From: Laetmonice hystrix
Lineage: Eukaryota
Direction of reading: 5' to 3'
Assembly: GCA_965235115.1 (NCBI GenBank)
Contig: OZ249436.1
Span: 15,688,001 to 15,752,000, forward strand
DNA length: 64,000 bases
Part shown: in pieces, positions 12,553 to 25,698 of the stretch
Position numbering within the stretch: the stretch's first letter is position 1
How the letters are laid out: each line of letters begins with the position of its first letter
Notes under the pieces: generated by a model
Told to the model about the DNA's origin: nothing
Seen by the model: only the letters and a program-made list of their open reading frames with translations
The model's database searches: none
Position numbers and translations under genes: made by a program

Positions 12553-14040
12553 TCGACCTAACGCTTTTGCATAATGTCACGAGATTCGCTTACTTTACAG
12601 ACTTGGTGGAAAGGAATTCGATTCTTGAAAGCCTATATATTTTTGGAGGGGGTGCAATATATGACATAAGTACCATTTGTAGAAGTGATGATAATTACAA
12701 TAACATTATTAATGTTATTCGCACAGTTATGACAAGACTATTCTGGGAAGGCACTAAGGAAAGAATTAATCTTGAAGAACCTTCGTATGGCCTGACAGTG
12801 CTGAGCCATATTGGGGGGGCTGTACTGTATTATCTACAAGCACAGCCGGGTCAACCCGGCATACTATCTGGATTTATTCAGGGGGTAAGCCGCTTAGTCT
12901 CTGCAAGAATTTACTCCCTTACAGGTTGACATAGATCTGTGGGCAGCATGGAATCAAAGACCTCCGTATAGAATCAGGGTTGAGCTCGACAGGATCATGG
13001 AATTACACCTAGGCCTAATTGAAAAATCGTAATGACGGACTAATCCATATAATGATTCATCGATGAATAATTCAGCATTACAGTGTCTCGATCACATGTA
13101 AGAACGGTAATATTACAGTGTGTCGATCACATGTAAGAACGGTAATACTACAGTCCTGTGAAACTGCATTAAAGAGGCATTTTAGTAGAACGTAATAAAT
13201 ACAACAGAACTTCTATTGCTGTTTTGGTGATGTGGTCTTTCATTGAAATTGATTGATAAACAAAGGGTTTCAGCTTACCGTCAGTTTCTGCCAGAAATCA
13301 GCATTTCTCTATAAGGCCCATGCATTAGACTCAGAATCGACGGGTCACGCCTCCTTTTCGATGTGCTTTCTTGCTGTCAGAACGTGATACGCAGATTCTT
13401 CGCGCATGCTCCCTCGCTTCAAGCAAATGCCTTATTTTCTGCTTGGCATTCAGATATAACTGGAGCTTTCGTCCGACTGTAGGAAGGCAGGGGGTCCATT
13501 CTTGAAAGGAGGGGCGTAGCCCACCATGCGAGCGCCGAAGTCTTTTTCGTCCCCCGAAAAATTTGAAAATTGAACTGGCAAATATGCATTTTTCTGGCAT
13601 CTGGGACCCAAATCAAAGGTTACAGTTAGCTGAAAAAGATCTCTCCCAGGGTCCGGAAATAACGGGGGGGGGGGGGGGGGGGCGTGCATAATGGATCTAT
13701 CAGTTACTCGTAGTCATAGTTTCTAATGGCACGAGCTCATAAAGTTGTTGTTGTTGTTGTTGTTTTTATTTAGACTCACAAGCCAATACATACTACAAAA
13801 TCACATAGGACAAATATACATGTATCATCTATACACAGCTGTGGGTCAAGGCCACTTCATCCTTAGTAAAAAATGACTGTCAATCCAAGCAGCAACATCA
13901 TAATATTTAAATATACATACAACGTCATTATACAGAAAACTTAAATGAAGGTTAACAATAAAGTATTTGTTTGCGTATAGGGAGCCAAAGGTTTCGCCTC
14001 GAGTCGCGGTTCGAATGGACACAAAACTGTGGTCGCATGC

Positions 14041-15833
14041 TGTAGCAACCACTTTTGTCATTTTTACCACTTTTGTCACAGGTCACCACTTTTGTCACAA
14101 AATCCCTCACTTTTGCCGTTCTCGGGGACACCCCTTTAGACATATTTTTTTTACCAGTTAAATCAAAGCCACGACTTTTGTCATGCACCACTCTGCCCAC
14201 TTTTATCACACCAAACATTTCTCCCTAAACACCTAGTTTTCGACTCAAAAATCTCCTCCTCCTATTCCTCCTGTGCCATATCTGACTACTTGTACGATTC
14301 TGGCGTATAATGTACGATTTTTGAATCCGTTTGTACTGTGATTTACGCATTTACTATTAAGATCATAATCTCCTATTAGAGAGAGAGAGAAGAAGAAGAA
14401 GAAGAAGAAGAAGAAGAAGAAGAAGAAAAAGTGAACTTGGTCTTAGTCGACTAGATACGTTCATCCTACCGTTCGAAGATCTGGCGTCTGAGACAACACG
14501 TGATAACCCAATGGTAGCCGCCATACGGAACTATGCCACAGATCGACCCACTGACGGGGAACGGGTTGTATTGCTACATCCCTTTAGAAGAGTCGTATCG
14601 CACTTTTCTCAGCCTTGCACCCTCCCGGCTCCAAGTGGACACTTTGCGACTCATCATACTATCAGTGTTTGACCATCAGCACGTGTTGCCAGACTACGAC
14701 CGAACGTGGACCCATGCAAGCTCCTTCCGACCCATCAGCCAGTTCATGGGAGACAGACCCGAGTCTATCTAAGCGATACTTTCAGACGTGACCGTTCACT
14801 GTACATTTGACCAGTGGTTTCGTGGCTTTATATAGTGGGGAGGTCAAGCTGGACCTCCAGAGTGGTGTCTCACACAATCATATTGTTTTAGTAAGATAAA
14901 CACATTTTACAGGCGACAACCAAAGCCTTGGAGGTGTAGATCCCGTCTGGAGCACTAAAAATGGGGTGACCATCCATAGTTTCTTCCTGCAAGTTGATTT
15001 TATTAAAAGATATTAATAAAAATGATAAAATCAGGGCAACATGGACAACGAGGCACGTGACACCGACGTTCTGCATACGACAGTCGTCAAGCAGCGTCAA
15101 GATCCACATAGTTACAGTCATTTATATACAAATTAGGGTCGCACCTCCAAAACCAATTGCCTACATGGTTGTATTTTAGTGGGTTCTTTATCACAAAGCA
15201 ATATAAGTGAACACCGACTTAAACATCAGAAGGTTTCTTAGATAGAACAGTATTTCACATTAATCAAGACACCATTTCCTGCCTGTCCAAATTAAGTCAA
15301 GGTGCTGCAACAAAGCATGTCAGGTGAAACTGTTGACTGCAACTGACTGACTGACTAGACGTACAGAGTCACCGGCCAGGTGTGACAAACAAACCTGGAC
15401 AATAGAAACCACTACCTGATATTTATAGCACAAGTATTTGTTAGAGGAGTGCGTATGTACACTGGCATATCACCTACTCTATTTACCAAATTTACGCTTT
15501 TTGAAGGGTCATTGTACACCATGGTTGAAAACAGGGTGGGCAGGTCTGTACCACTATGAGTCCTGGTGGTAGCCCAATAGATTTGCTGCTGTGATACAAT
15601 TTAATAAGCTAAAACTATTATAGTATAATAGTACCTCCTCCCACACATACCTGACACCCCGGCCCCCAGCACAGCCGGTTAAAAATTATGACTAAAGTTG
15701 GGTGTCCTCAATAAGTACAAAAGTGGGCGATTTTGTGACAAAAGTGGTGACCTGTGACAAAAGTGGGCATTTTGTGTGACAAAAGTGGTGACCTGTGATA
15801 AAAGTGGTAAAAATGACAAAAGTGGTTGCTACA
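14041..15833. mobile_element. Non-autonomous Ginger-like DNA transposon (TGT...ACA, 5-bp TSD)
   Basis: ~65-bp TIRs tgtagcaaccacttttgtca... / ...tgacaaaagtggttgctaca made of ccacttttgtca subrepeats; TSD CATGC at 14036-14040 and 15834-15838; no transposase ORF. Confidence 0.85.
14378..14428. repeat. (AG)n(GAA)n microsatellite
   Basis: Direct reading. Confidence 0.95.
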
Positions 15834-17548
15834 CATGCTGGTAGGCCTATCATACACGATCAGGTGAAGGAACTACGCTTGCATTAACGCTTGCATTAAC
15901 GCTTGCATTAACGCCTAGGTCTACGGCCAGTTTTGTGTAGCCTTGTGCAAACGGGTGATAATGCCCCAGTGAATCGGTTACATATAACTGTACTTCTATG
16001 CATATATGATGCACCACCGATGATCAGGCCGGCTTCAGGTGCAGATACTCTTTCCACCGGGGTGATAATATTTCCACCGCGGTGATAATATTTCTAATAT
16101 TTCTACCGCGGTGGAAGAATTTCCACCACGGACATAATATTTCCACCGCGTTTTCATTTGAGTTTCTTGGATTCTCATATAATTTTCCGTGTTTTGTCAG
16201 ATAATATTTTGTCTCCATCGCAAGCTATTCTGCCTTCTCTATAGTTATTCCAAGTTCGTTCTCCACTATTCGCCGTAAAGGAATGTGAAATCGTCGATAT
16301 TTAAAAGTAAACACCCCCAAAAAACCTATCGCGATTTCCTTATAGGTGCCGAACTTTGGCCCATTTAACACCGGACCGAATAGAGATCTGTCCAAAGATA
16401 TCTCCTCTTTACACAACCAGTCGATCTATGTCAGCGAAACACTTTCTTGTAAAACAAACCCCAGGCAAAGATCTCCTGGGCCCCGTTGCATATTCAAGAA
16501 CCGGCCGATAAGGATCGTTAAAATGTTCAAAAACGTTGCATATTACAGATTTAGCAGTCACTAAAATCAGAGTGTTGCATAAAAAGAGGTCGCAAATAGT
16601 GGTCCTTAAAGGTGTTGCACAAAGTAGCGCTCCTTAGGGGGGGGGGGTCTCTCTGTACAATCGCTGAACCGTCTAACAGTTCCTAAAATGGTTGCTAGAG
16701 GCCTCCACTAAGGCCCACCAAAAAGGTGCGCGCTAAAGGCTGGAAGAGTGGAGTGTGTCCCATCTACCAGGGCGCCATTGCATATTTTTTCCCATTAAGG
16801 ATCACTAAAACCTTTACGATCCTTATTTTTTTGCGACTAGGTTAGCGCTCGCAATGTTAGAAGTCGCTATCTGCAACGCGCCCAATATTACCAGTCGTTA
16901 CATAATCCCCATTAGTGGTCGTAAAAGTACCTGAGAGCAGCATCTCACTGCAACACCAGCTTCTTGAGGCAGTTCCCGGCCCTGTTGCATTTTGTCCCCC
17001 TTAAGGATCACCAAAAACCTTTACGATCCTTATTTTTTTGCGACTACTAAGGGCTCTACTGACCGTGCCGTTGCATATCAGATACCCCATGTTGTCACAA
17101 GGGTTAGCGCTCGCAATGTTAGAAGTCGCTATCTGCAACGCGTCCAATATTAGCAGTCGTTACACAATCCCCATTAGTGGTCGTAAAAGTACCTGAGAGC
17201 AACACCTCACTGCGACACCAGCTTCTTGAGGCAGTTCCCTAATTAGTCGTCAGGGGGCGAAATGGGTAGACCGGACTTGGCCGTGTAGCCTATGTTGCTT
17301 CATGTCAACAATTGTCCATGTTCACCAAAGCCGGTCTTTTATGAGTCGTAAAATAACATAATAATAAAGTACTTTTAGTGTTAATTCAAAGTATTTTAAT
17401 GATTTTTTGCTAAAGGCTGACATTATATTTTATTATATTTTATTATATATTTCCCCAATTGCCACACATAATGTCTAAGCCAGATGTCACAGTTTATACA
17501 GAAAGCTTGAATTCATGTAGGAATACCCCTTATCTCCTACACAAAGTC

Positions 17549-17961
17549 TATATAGCCTGTATCGAAGGATAGATCGTGTTCCTGTCTGTTACGAGCAATC
17601 GCCAGTAATATTTACCCTTAATTACGGCCAGTTTGGCTCAGTCCCGTTTTTTTTATTTAATGTTTTTTAAATGTATTTATCTATTCTCTATAGCCTGTAT
17701 CGAAGGATAGATCGTGTTCCTGTCTGTTACGAGCAATTGCCAGTAATATTTACCCTTAATTACGGCCAGTTTGGCTCAGTCCCGTTTTTTTTTATTTAAT
17801 GTTTTTTAAATGTATTTATCTATTCTATATAACCTGTATCGAAGGATAGATCGTGTTCCTGTCTGTTACGAGCAATCGCCAGTAATATTTACCCTTAATT
17901 ACGGCCAGTTTGGCTCAGTCCCGTTTTTTTTATTTAATGTTTTTTAAATGTATTTATCTAT
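17549..17961. repeat. Three tandem copies of a ~139-bp unit
   Basis: cctgtatcgaaggatagatcgtgttcc... at ~17556, ~17694 and ~17833. Confidence 0.95.
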
Positions 17962-18831
17962 TTAATGTTTGTCAAAACCCCACAATAGCGGGCACTCCTA
18001 TTAAGACTACTCCGCATTGTGACCACTTTTTGTCAGTCCCAAATGGCCTTCCAACCCTTCACTCCGGCTCTAAACTATTGTCGCGCAAGGTGCATGTGTA
18101 ACAACCCCACTTTGAAATTACGCACTTAAACATTGTTCAAAGTCCGTTAAGAATTGGGTCCACGTCAACGCACTTTCAGTTTTCTTTTTTAAAGTGCGTT
18201 GAAGTGGACCCGAATCTTAACGCACTTTGAAAAAGAAATCAAAGTGCGTTGAGGTGGTTCAACAATTAACGCATTTTGAAAATATTTTTTAAAGTGCGCA
18301 ATTTTTTTTGTTTGTTTGGTTTGTTATAGATCTGTCAATCAAGTTGAGACAACAACGGCACAATGACTGGTTATGACACTGATCACCGTAACGCGCGTTA
18401 CGCCGATCCGAGATGAAGGAAGGCAAGTCTCGCGTCAACTAAAACTAGGTGTAGTTCAAGCAGTTCCATTTCTCTGCATTGACAACAAAGAGAACCCATA
18501 TTTATGTTGTATCATAGTTTTATATTGAAGGATGGCCTATAAAGGCGCAAATGTTAAAAAAGGTGTAGGCCTAGCCCTAGGTACAATTCCCTTTAGGCCC
18601 TAAGGCTTGTGCAAAATCAAACAAAAAATCAAACAAGTTTGAAATGATAAGTCTAAGTATTCACCGTCTATTATTTCACCAACTTAAATTGGTGTTAAAT
18701 TGGCGTTACGGGTATCATTGCCGCATCCATTTTCTCTTAATTTAAGCCCTGCATGCTCGGACCCTGAAATAAGACAAACGGCAGTCTACGCTGTTATCAT
18801 GATATTTAGACGTTGTCCTGATGTTGTTGAT

Positions 18832-19139
18832 GTACGGAAGCCCGTTGATGCCACAATGTGAAAATATTTCATATAGCCGCCGCGACATAATAACTGGCGG
18901 CCCCGACATAATTATGTGGCGGCCGCGACATAATAACTGGCGGCCGCGACATAATAACTGGCGGCCGCGACATAATAACTGGCGGCCGCGACATAATAAC
19001 TGGCGGCCGCGACATAATAACTGGCGGCCGCGAGTTATTATGTCGCGGCCGCCACATAATTATGTCGCGGCCGCCACATAATTATGTCGCGGCGGCTATA
19101 TGAAATATTTTCACATTGTGGCATTAACGGGCTTCCGTA
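18832..19139. mobile_element. Fold-back MITE with internal 21-bp repeats
   Basis: Long TIR tacggaagcccgttgatgccacaatgtgaaaatatttcatatagccgccgcgacataat and its reverse complement; inner (ataataactggcggccgcgac)n switches orientation near 19030. Confidence 0.9.
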
Positions 19140-19365
19140 TTGACGCACCGTAACCCTTGCAACTTGGACAAAAACACGCGAAGCTAGTATCGAGATCCTC
19201 CATTTATGATCAGCGTAACGCGCGTTACGGTGATCAGTGTCTAACCAGTGACTCACACATAGGCTATACGATCCCTGGAATAGCTTTCCTTTCACAACCA
19301 TCTGTGTGCTGGCCAGCTTTATCCTTGTTAGCTCCATGTTATCCTTTGTTATCAGTGAAAAAACC

Positions 19366-19524
19366 AAGGGCGGATTCAGGATTTTTGTAGGGGGGGGCGT
19401 GGGGTGGAGGGGGGCGTGGGGTGGAGGGGGCGTGGAGTCTGAGTGGTAAACTGTGCGCTACGCAAAGTATGGGTGCAAGCCATTTTTATGGGGGGTGCGC
19501 CCCCACCCCCTCGATCCGCCCCTG
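19366..19524. mobile_element. Small hAT-like MITE
   Basis: aagggcggat... / ...atccgcccctg termini with a G-rich interior. Confidence 0.55.
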
Positions 19525-20539
19525 CAAACGATTTTAACGGCGGTATTTTTGCTATAAACTAATTTCTCAGCTTCTCCCCCATTCTACTATAAACTGACCA
19601 TCCTTTATGAGTTAATTCAGTATCAGTATCTGGACTTGCATTATACATGCTACAAAGAGTTCCGACCCATAAATACAACGTATACCCCATTATGTCACTC
19701 GTGTAGGCTCCAGGTAGATGAGACACTCCACTCTTCCAGCCTTTAGCGCGCACCTTTTAGGTGGGCCTTATCGGAGGCCTCTAGCAACCATTTTAGCAAC
19801 TGTTAGGCGGTTTAGCAATCGTACAGAGAGACCTCGCTTAAGGAGCGCTACTTTGTGCAACGCCTATAAGGACCACTATTTGTGACCTCTTTCTTATGCA
19901 ACACTCTGATTTTAGTGACTGCTAAATCTGTGCAACACTTTCGATCATTTTAACAATCCTTATCGGCTGGTTCTATTATTATTTCCCTGCTCAACAACTG
20001 CAAGATCACGGTGCAGGCTGTGTGCTCTTGACACCGCAGCTGCTGGTGGCTAACGTACTTTGGTTGTTTCCACTGCAGTCCCTGACTTTGTGTGGGAGGG
20101 ATATTCCTATACATGAATTCCAACTTTCTGTATTAAAACTGTGACATGTGGCTTGGACATTTGTGTGGCAATTGGGGGGAAAGTGAAAAACAATACGTAC
20201 CTGGAGGGGTTCTAGTAATCCACGTTAGTTGTTGACCGATATAGACAAAATGACCGACTTTCTCTCACAGGTAAATTTGACAGCTGTGATCGTAAGGTGT
20301 CACTGCTGCCTATGTGTCAAGACACACAAAACATTTCTCTTATATTTAGGGGAGGGATCACCTACCAAAACGGTCATATCTCTGGCAGTTTTCAACAGAT
20401 CTTAATGAAAATAGTTGTGCTTAAAGAAGGTAGGATGATAAGCCAAATTTATGAAAAGTTTCTCCTGTGACATGACTTTTTCGCGTCATGACGTCATTCA
20501 CCTATTCTAGATAGGACCTTCGTACTTATAGGTCTGTGT

Positions 20540-20612
20540 GTCTCAATAGCTGAGTGGGTAACACAACCGAACGAAAAGCTGGACATCGTGGGTTCGAATC
20601 CCACTAACGGTT
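20540..20612 (+). pseudogene. tRNA-derived segment (Pol III A/B boxes), not a credible tRNA gene
   Basis: A-box-like tagctgagtgg and B-box ggttcgaatcc in a gtggg/cccac T-arm; acceptor and anticodon stems do not pair well. Confidence 0.55.
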
Positions 20613-20734
20613 GGAATTTTTTTCTGAATTTTTTTTCGTAACTACAAATTATTCTGAAAACCATCCCCACAGCTGACCGCTAACCCAGGGAGAATACTCC
20701 TTCCAATGAGTTCCCATACACTGTGGGGTTTAGC

Positions 20735-21047
20735 CCAATCTAATTAAAATTAGATCTTAGTTATTTCGCATGCGCTACATACTAGGCTACTAACTAGGAT
20801 CTAACGGCATCCCGTATGGGGTCACCTCAGGCTGACCTTTGACCCAGATTCAAGTGTGCCGTTGAAAATGCCTAGAGCGCACACCGAAGATTTCGTAGGC
20901 GGCTCGCTGATTGGCTGAATCCCGAGGTCAACCTGAGGTGACCCCTAATGGAATGTCCTTAGATCTAGGTATGGAGCGCAGCCAGCACCGACACAGCCGA
21001 GAGAGACGCGGAATACCAAGATCTAATTTTAATTAGGCCTAGATTGG
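20735..21047. mobile_element. MITE with ~8-bp TSD (hAT/P-like)
   Basis: TIR ccaatctaattaaaattagatctt / aagatctaattttaatta[ggccta]gattgg; TSD ggtttagc (boundary ambiguous, 6-10 bp); inner IR ggggtcacctcagg/cctgaggtgacccc. Confidence 0.8.
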
Positions 21048-22705
21048 GGTTTAGCCCAATTTGGTATAGATTTGTTGATATAAGTTACGTGACCTACAAG
21101 TTTCACTATTTAAAGGGCTCTGACCACACAACTGAATGCAACTAAAATATGTGGGCTGGTTCCTAATTAGTACATTTTTTACCAATATTTTACTGATAAC
21201 TTTTGACCTTCGTAAGGACTGGGTCACACGTCACATCTCACATAAAATTAATGTACGATTTTGAAGTAGATCTCTTCCAATTATCCTGGTCAAATTTGAC
21301 ATAATGGTTCCACAATGCGCTCTCCATATCAATCTTTTCATTTCGTGTAGCCTATGGGTCAACAGGCTTACAAAAATGTCTGTCTGTATTTTTATGTGTT
21401 ATTTTACAACTCATAAAAGACCGGCTGTGACGAACATGGACAATTGTTGACATAAAGCAACATACAAGGTCCAGTCCGGTCTACCCATTCCGCCCCCTGA
21501 CGACTAATTAGGGAACCTTCCTCAAGAAGCTGGTGTCGCAGTGAGGTGTTGCTCTCAGGTACTTTTACGACCACTAATGGGGATTGTGTAACGACTGCTA
21601 ATATTGGGCGCGTTGCAGATAGCGACTTCTAACATTGCGAGCGCTAACCCTTGTGACAACATGGGGTATCTGATATGCAACGGCACGGTCAGTAGGGCCC
21701 TTAGTAGTCGCAAAAAATTGAGGATCGTAAAGGTCTTAGTGATCCTTAAGGGAAAAAAATATGCAACGGGGCCCTGGCGTGGATTAAGGGGGCTTCCCAA
21801 CATAATCTCTAGGTGTTTTCTAAGCAGGGCCGAGCTGTGCTTCCATCGGGCCTGCAGCTTGTCGGGCGAATCAGGAGGTGCGCCTTAACCATCATACCAG
21901 GGGATGCATCAGTAGACGTCAATCTCGTCTTTCTCGGGTAGCTATTACTGGTCTTCTTTCAATTCTCTGGAGTCAGAGGAAATGACTCAAGGACGCCATC
22001 AGAGTCAATGTGGTCGTTACACTAAAACCTCGCGCCGCCCCCTAATTAAACGTCAGAAACACATGCCATCGTATTGCCCATCAAGGCGTGCCTGTCTCTA
22101 GTGTTGTTGTTATGACGACCCCTATTATCCGGACCGACTCTCCAAGGTAACAGTCTTGTTATATCGCGAGTAGAGCCGACTCCTTAACCCTCTTTGCTTT
22201 CTTGACCACGTTCTGTACTCCATTACAATCTCAGTTAGAAAGCTCAGTCACTCTCTATTCGCTTCCTTCTTCCATTTCCTGTTCAGGGCGCTCTCGGTTG
22301 CCGAGACCATTATCTGAACAGACCCCTTCAGACCCGGCACTGGTCCGCTGACACCGAAGTGCATGCTGGGTGAATGTTGAGTGTCAAGTACCCTTGGTCA
22401 CTGACTTCTCCACGAAATGATGAGTGCTACTGCATTGAGTTAACAACATGGTGGCGGCGAATTCTCGTCCACCTTATAATGGACGCATTGTAATGCTTCC
22501 CAAGTTGCGAATAGATAACGCCTGAATGTTTCCGAAAAGTAGAAGTAATGTGGGAGCCAAGTTAGAGTTACGATAAATTTGAATGTAGGCCTATGGTCAG
22601 TCGACCTAATATTACCTTCAAGAAAAGTCCGATTTGAAGCCATTAAATTCCTCCACATGAGTGATTATTATCAGCGTATTTGTGTACGCTTTGCGTTCAA
22701 CTCAT

Positions 22706-22882
22706 GGCTGAGGCCCCGGGAACTGAGCTGCTGGAGCGTGCGCAGGCTGAGGCCCCGGAAACTGAGCTGACGGAGCGTGCGCAGGCTGAGGCCCCGGGAA
22801 CTGAGCTGATGGAGCGTGCGCAGGCTGAGGCCCCGGGAGCTGAGCTGATGGAGCGTGCGCAGGCTGAGGCCCCGGGAACTGA
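22706..22882. repeat. 39-bp GC-rich minisatellite (~4.5 units)
   Basis: ggctgaggccccgggaactgagctgatggagcgtgcgca repeated. Confidence 0.95.
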
Positions 22883-25420
22883 GCTGATGGAGCGCGCGCA
22901 GGTTAATTCAAAGCCTATTTATAAGCTAGGCACCAAGCTTATTTACTATAGCTATACTGGATTAATTATTAATTAGATGTGAGAAAAATAAACTATGGAA
23001 ATTTATTACACGGTTGATAAGAAAAGGAGCGTTTATAATCTAATATGCTAAAATATAAATACAGAAAAAAGACACAAGTATGATATTCTACGGATTGTTA
23101 AGACAGCTATATTTTAGGCCAGATATAAAATAATCAGTTGTTATTGTAAGTTTTTGTCCTTGCGCTCAGCGCTCAACCCTATTTTGTGTTTATTGTTAAT
23201 TACACTCTCTAAAAGAAGTTTTCATTTGTAATACGATCAATAAAAGTTAAACATCGGCGTTCCCGGCGAAATTAAGCAATTATGTTTTTGAATCGTGACA
23301 AGAGTAACCATGATTATGATTTCTTTAAAATGTGCTTTCATCAATGTTTTGGTTGGAATGCCTTCATTATTATCCTTCAAATAAGGAATAAAAATGGGAT
23401 CGTCCCAGTTCTGCCATCTCAGCGAATGTCAGCGAATGTTGCGTTCGTTCAAGGCAGCTTGCCACTAGAATGTTTAAGACACTCGTACATGTCGCATGGC
23501 CTTTACTCAGGTGTCTTACCACATGTGAAGCGCCACCATAATTATAGATGACTGGGACAGGGACGTCAGGCATGATAGGGCTGGAACACCCGCAGGGACA
23601 CATTGGAATGGTTGTATGGGGACGAGAAGCAATTTGGTCGTGTTACCGGTAAAAGGACGTTGAGATGCCATTGGCAGTCGGATTGATTAGGCATGAACTC
23701 CGGCACCGAGCCCTTTGTACCTCAGCGGCGGGCATATTATCCCGATATTTGACGAATATAGGGTGTGACTCGCGCGCCTGGCATAGCCGTCTTCATGGTG
23801 TTTATTGCGGGACAAATGGTGGTCAGTGTAAATACTAATTCATCATTTCGTGCGGATCAGCACTTATTAAATATCTACATATTTATTCTTTCTTGCCATT
23901 AACTGTCAGGAACAACCTACGATTCTCACGACAGAAAGCCCTTGAAAAGGGCAACCGGAACCAACGTCACGTGAGTTTCTGCACACGGTGGAAACAAAAA
24001 CTGTCTGGTCTTGACAAGATCCAACCCAGAGCCGAATTCTACAGCGATAAATCCACGCAAGTGTTCCTTCAGACCTCCAAATCAGTGTAATGATAGACAA
24101 GTGTTTTTGGTGAATGGCTTGGAGCCGTTAAGGCTCGTCACCAGTAAATGACGCAGTATACTGTCAGAGCTGGGAGAGGAAAACGGGTGTTCCTCTCTCA
24201 GAAACAACAAGTGACGTACGTCTTGTTAGAAAATGGGGGTGGGGGGGGGGGGGGGTGTTCCAGGCCAGGCCAGAATGTTGAAAGGGCCGCCATGAAGGGC
24301 AGCAAGATCCCAACCATGGTCCTAATATACTTTATACATCATTAGCATTGTTTGGGCGGTCAAAATGTTACTATCGACGGGAGGGCCTAAAAGTTCACCA
24401 TTTCGGCACTACAGCTCTGGTTGGGCCTGTGGTAAGTGTCAGCCAGAGCCCCCCCTTAGTGATGAGATAACCTTTGTTGATAAACAACCTTTCTTTGTTA
24501 CGTTAAGGTCCTACATCACAGCAGTAGTTGTTGTCTATTTGCGGTGTAAGAAACAACTCTCTTGTTTGCAAAATGCTCAAGAAAGGGAAACACCAAACAA
24601 TAGAATGTGCGATGAGAAGGTAATTTAATAAAGACATAATAAGATAATAAATCACGGCCCGAGATGGCACACAATAATTACGGTGGCGTGTCCTATATAG
24701 GAAGTAGGCCCCTATTCTTATGTTTATCCGTGTTCCGCGTTCGGCCTACAGTGCACAGTGTAAATATAACGGGATAAAGAGAGCGCACATTACTCAGACG
24801 TCTATACCTCATGCCGTGTGCCAGATATAACGGTTTTTGTCGCCCACAGAGGACGGCCGAGTCTGCAGAGAAGAGTGTCTGCAGCAAATGATGTCTCGTT
24901 CCTAAAGGCACTCGAGGAGGTGCCACTCTTACGGGAACTACCACATTCAGCGAGTTCAATACTTGTTTTTACCTTATGGGATGGCCGCCTGGAGATTGGC
25001 ATTAGCAAGAAGTTGCGCAACTTTAGCAGTTTTGAAAGTCTCTACATAAAACTCTCGACAGAAACCTTGATTGCAACATTTGGGAGCAAGTTCGTAGTTA
25101 CCACTCTCGGCATCGTTCTAAGAGGAGAGATCCAGTGACTGGATCATGAAACTGGTCAGGTTCTTGCAATAAGCTGATAACGCAGGGGGAAGTTAAGCGG
25201 GCCCTAACCAGTTCTTGTTAAAGTACGGATCATGTTTGACGAACTCACTTATCAACTCTGTGAACACTCTCTCCAAAACATTATTTGAATCCCTCGCCGG
25301 CTGAAAAAGACTTGATATTATGCTTGGAATATGAAAATTTGTACTGCTTAGTTATCCGCAATACGTGTGAAATACGCAACTGCAACTTCCACCGTCCACT
25401 GTCCAATATCCTATTGTGAA

Positions 25421-25698
25421 GGGGTGGCGCAGTGGTTCTTGGTCCAAAGGTTCCGAGTTCGAGCCGCGGCCTCGCCGGACTTTCCTGCATAGCAGTGCTG
25501 CCGTGTCACGATACGTCTATGTGGGTCCCTTGGTATCTATCGAAAAGAGCAAGGGTTCGCCCCGGTGCGCGGGTTTCTTACTATCATACCATCATGATCA
25601 AACAATGGATTTTAACGACTGAGTTAGTTACCTTGTTCTCGATATAGCTGATATAGCTGAAATACATGTACTGTTAAACACCAACTACTCACTTACTC
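25421..25698 (+). mobile_element. tRNA-derived SINE
   Basis: A box tggcgcagtgg, B box gttcgagcc, 3' tail gatatagctgaaata...gttaaacaccaa followed by short actc repeats. Confidence 0.65.

Larger units (their letters stand above)
16479..21773. mobile_element. Composite PIF/Harbinger-like non-autonomous element containing an inverted copy of its own arms and further nested MITEs
   Basis: TIR ggccccgttgcatatt (16479) / aatatgcaacggggcc (ends 21773) with CTG on both sides. 16495-16770 is inverted at 19710-19975; 16978-17350 at ~21410-21773; 17450-17525 at 20100-20178. Confidence 0.7.

Noticed and set aside
18821..19081. WRPRHNN repeat protein
   Set aside because: Translation of the 21-bp internal repeats of a fold-back MITE.
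20540..20612. Functional tRNA gene
   Set aside because: Only the T-arm and promoter boxes fit; the cloverleaf cannot be completed.
22680..22976. AQAEAPGTELMER repeat protein
   Set aside because: A 39-bp minisatellite with a triplet unit length; no flanking coding evidence.
24693..25270. LINE or host-gene coding remnant
   Set aside because: Several overlapping short ORFs, but no recognisable motif in any frame.
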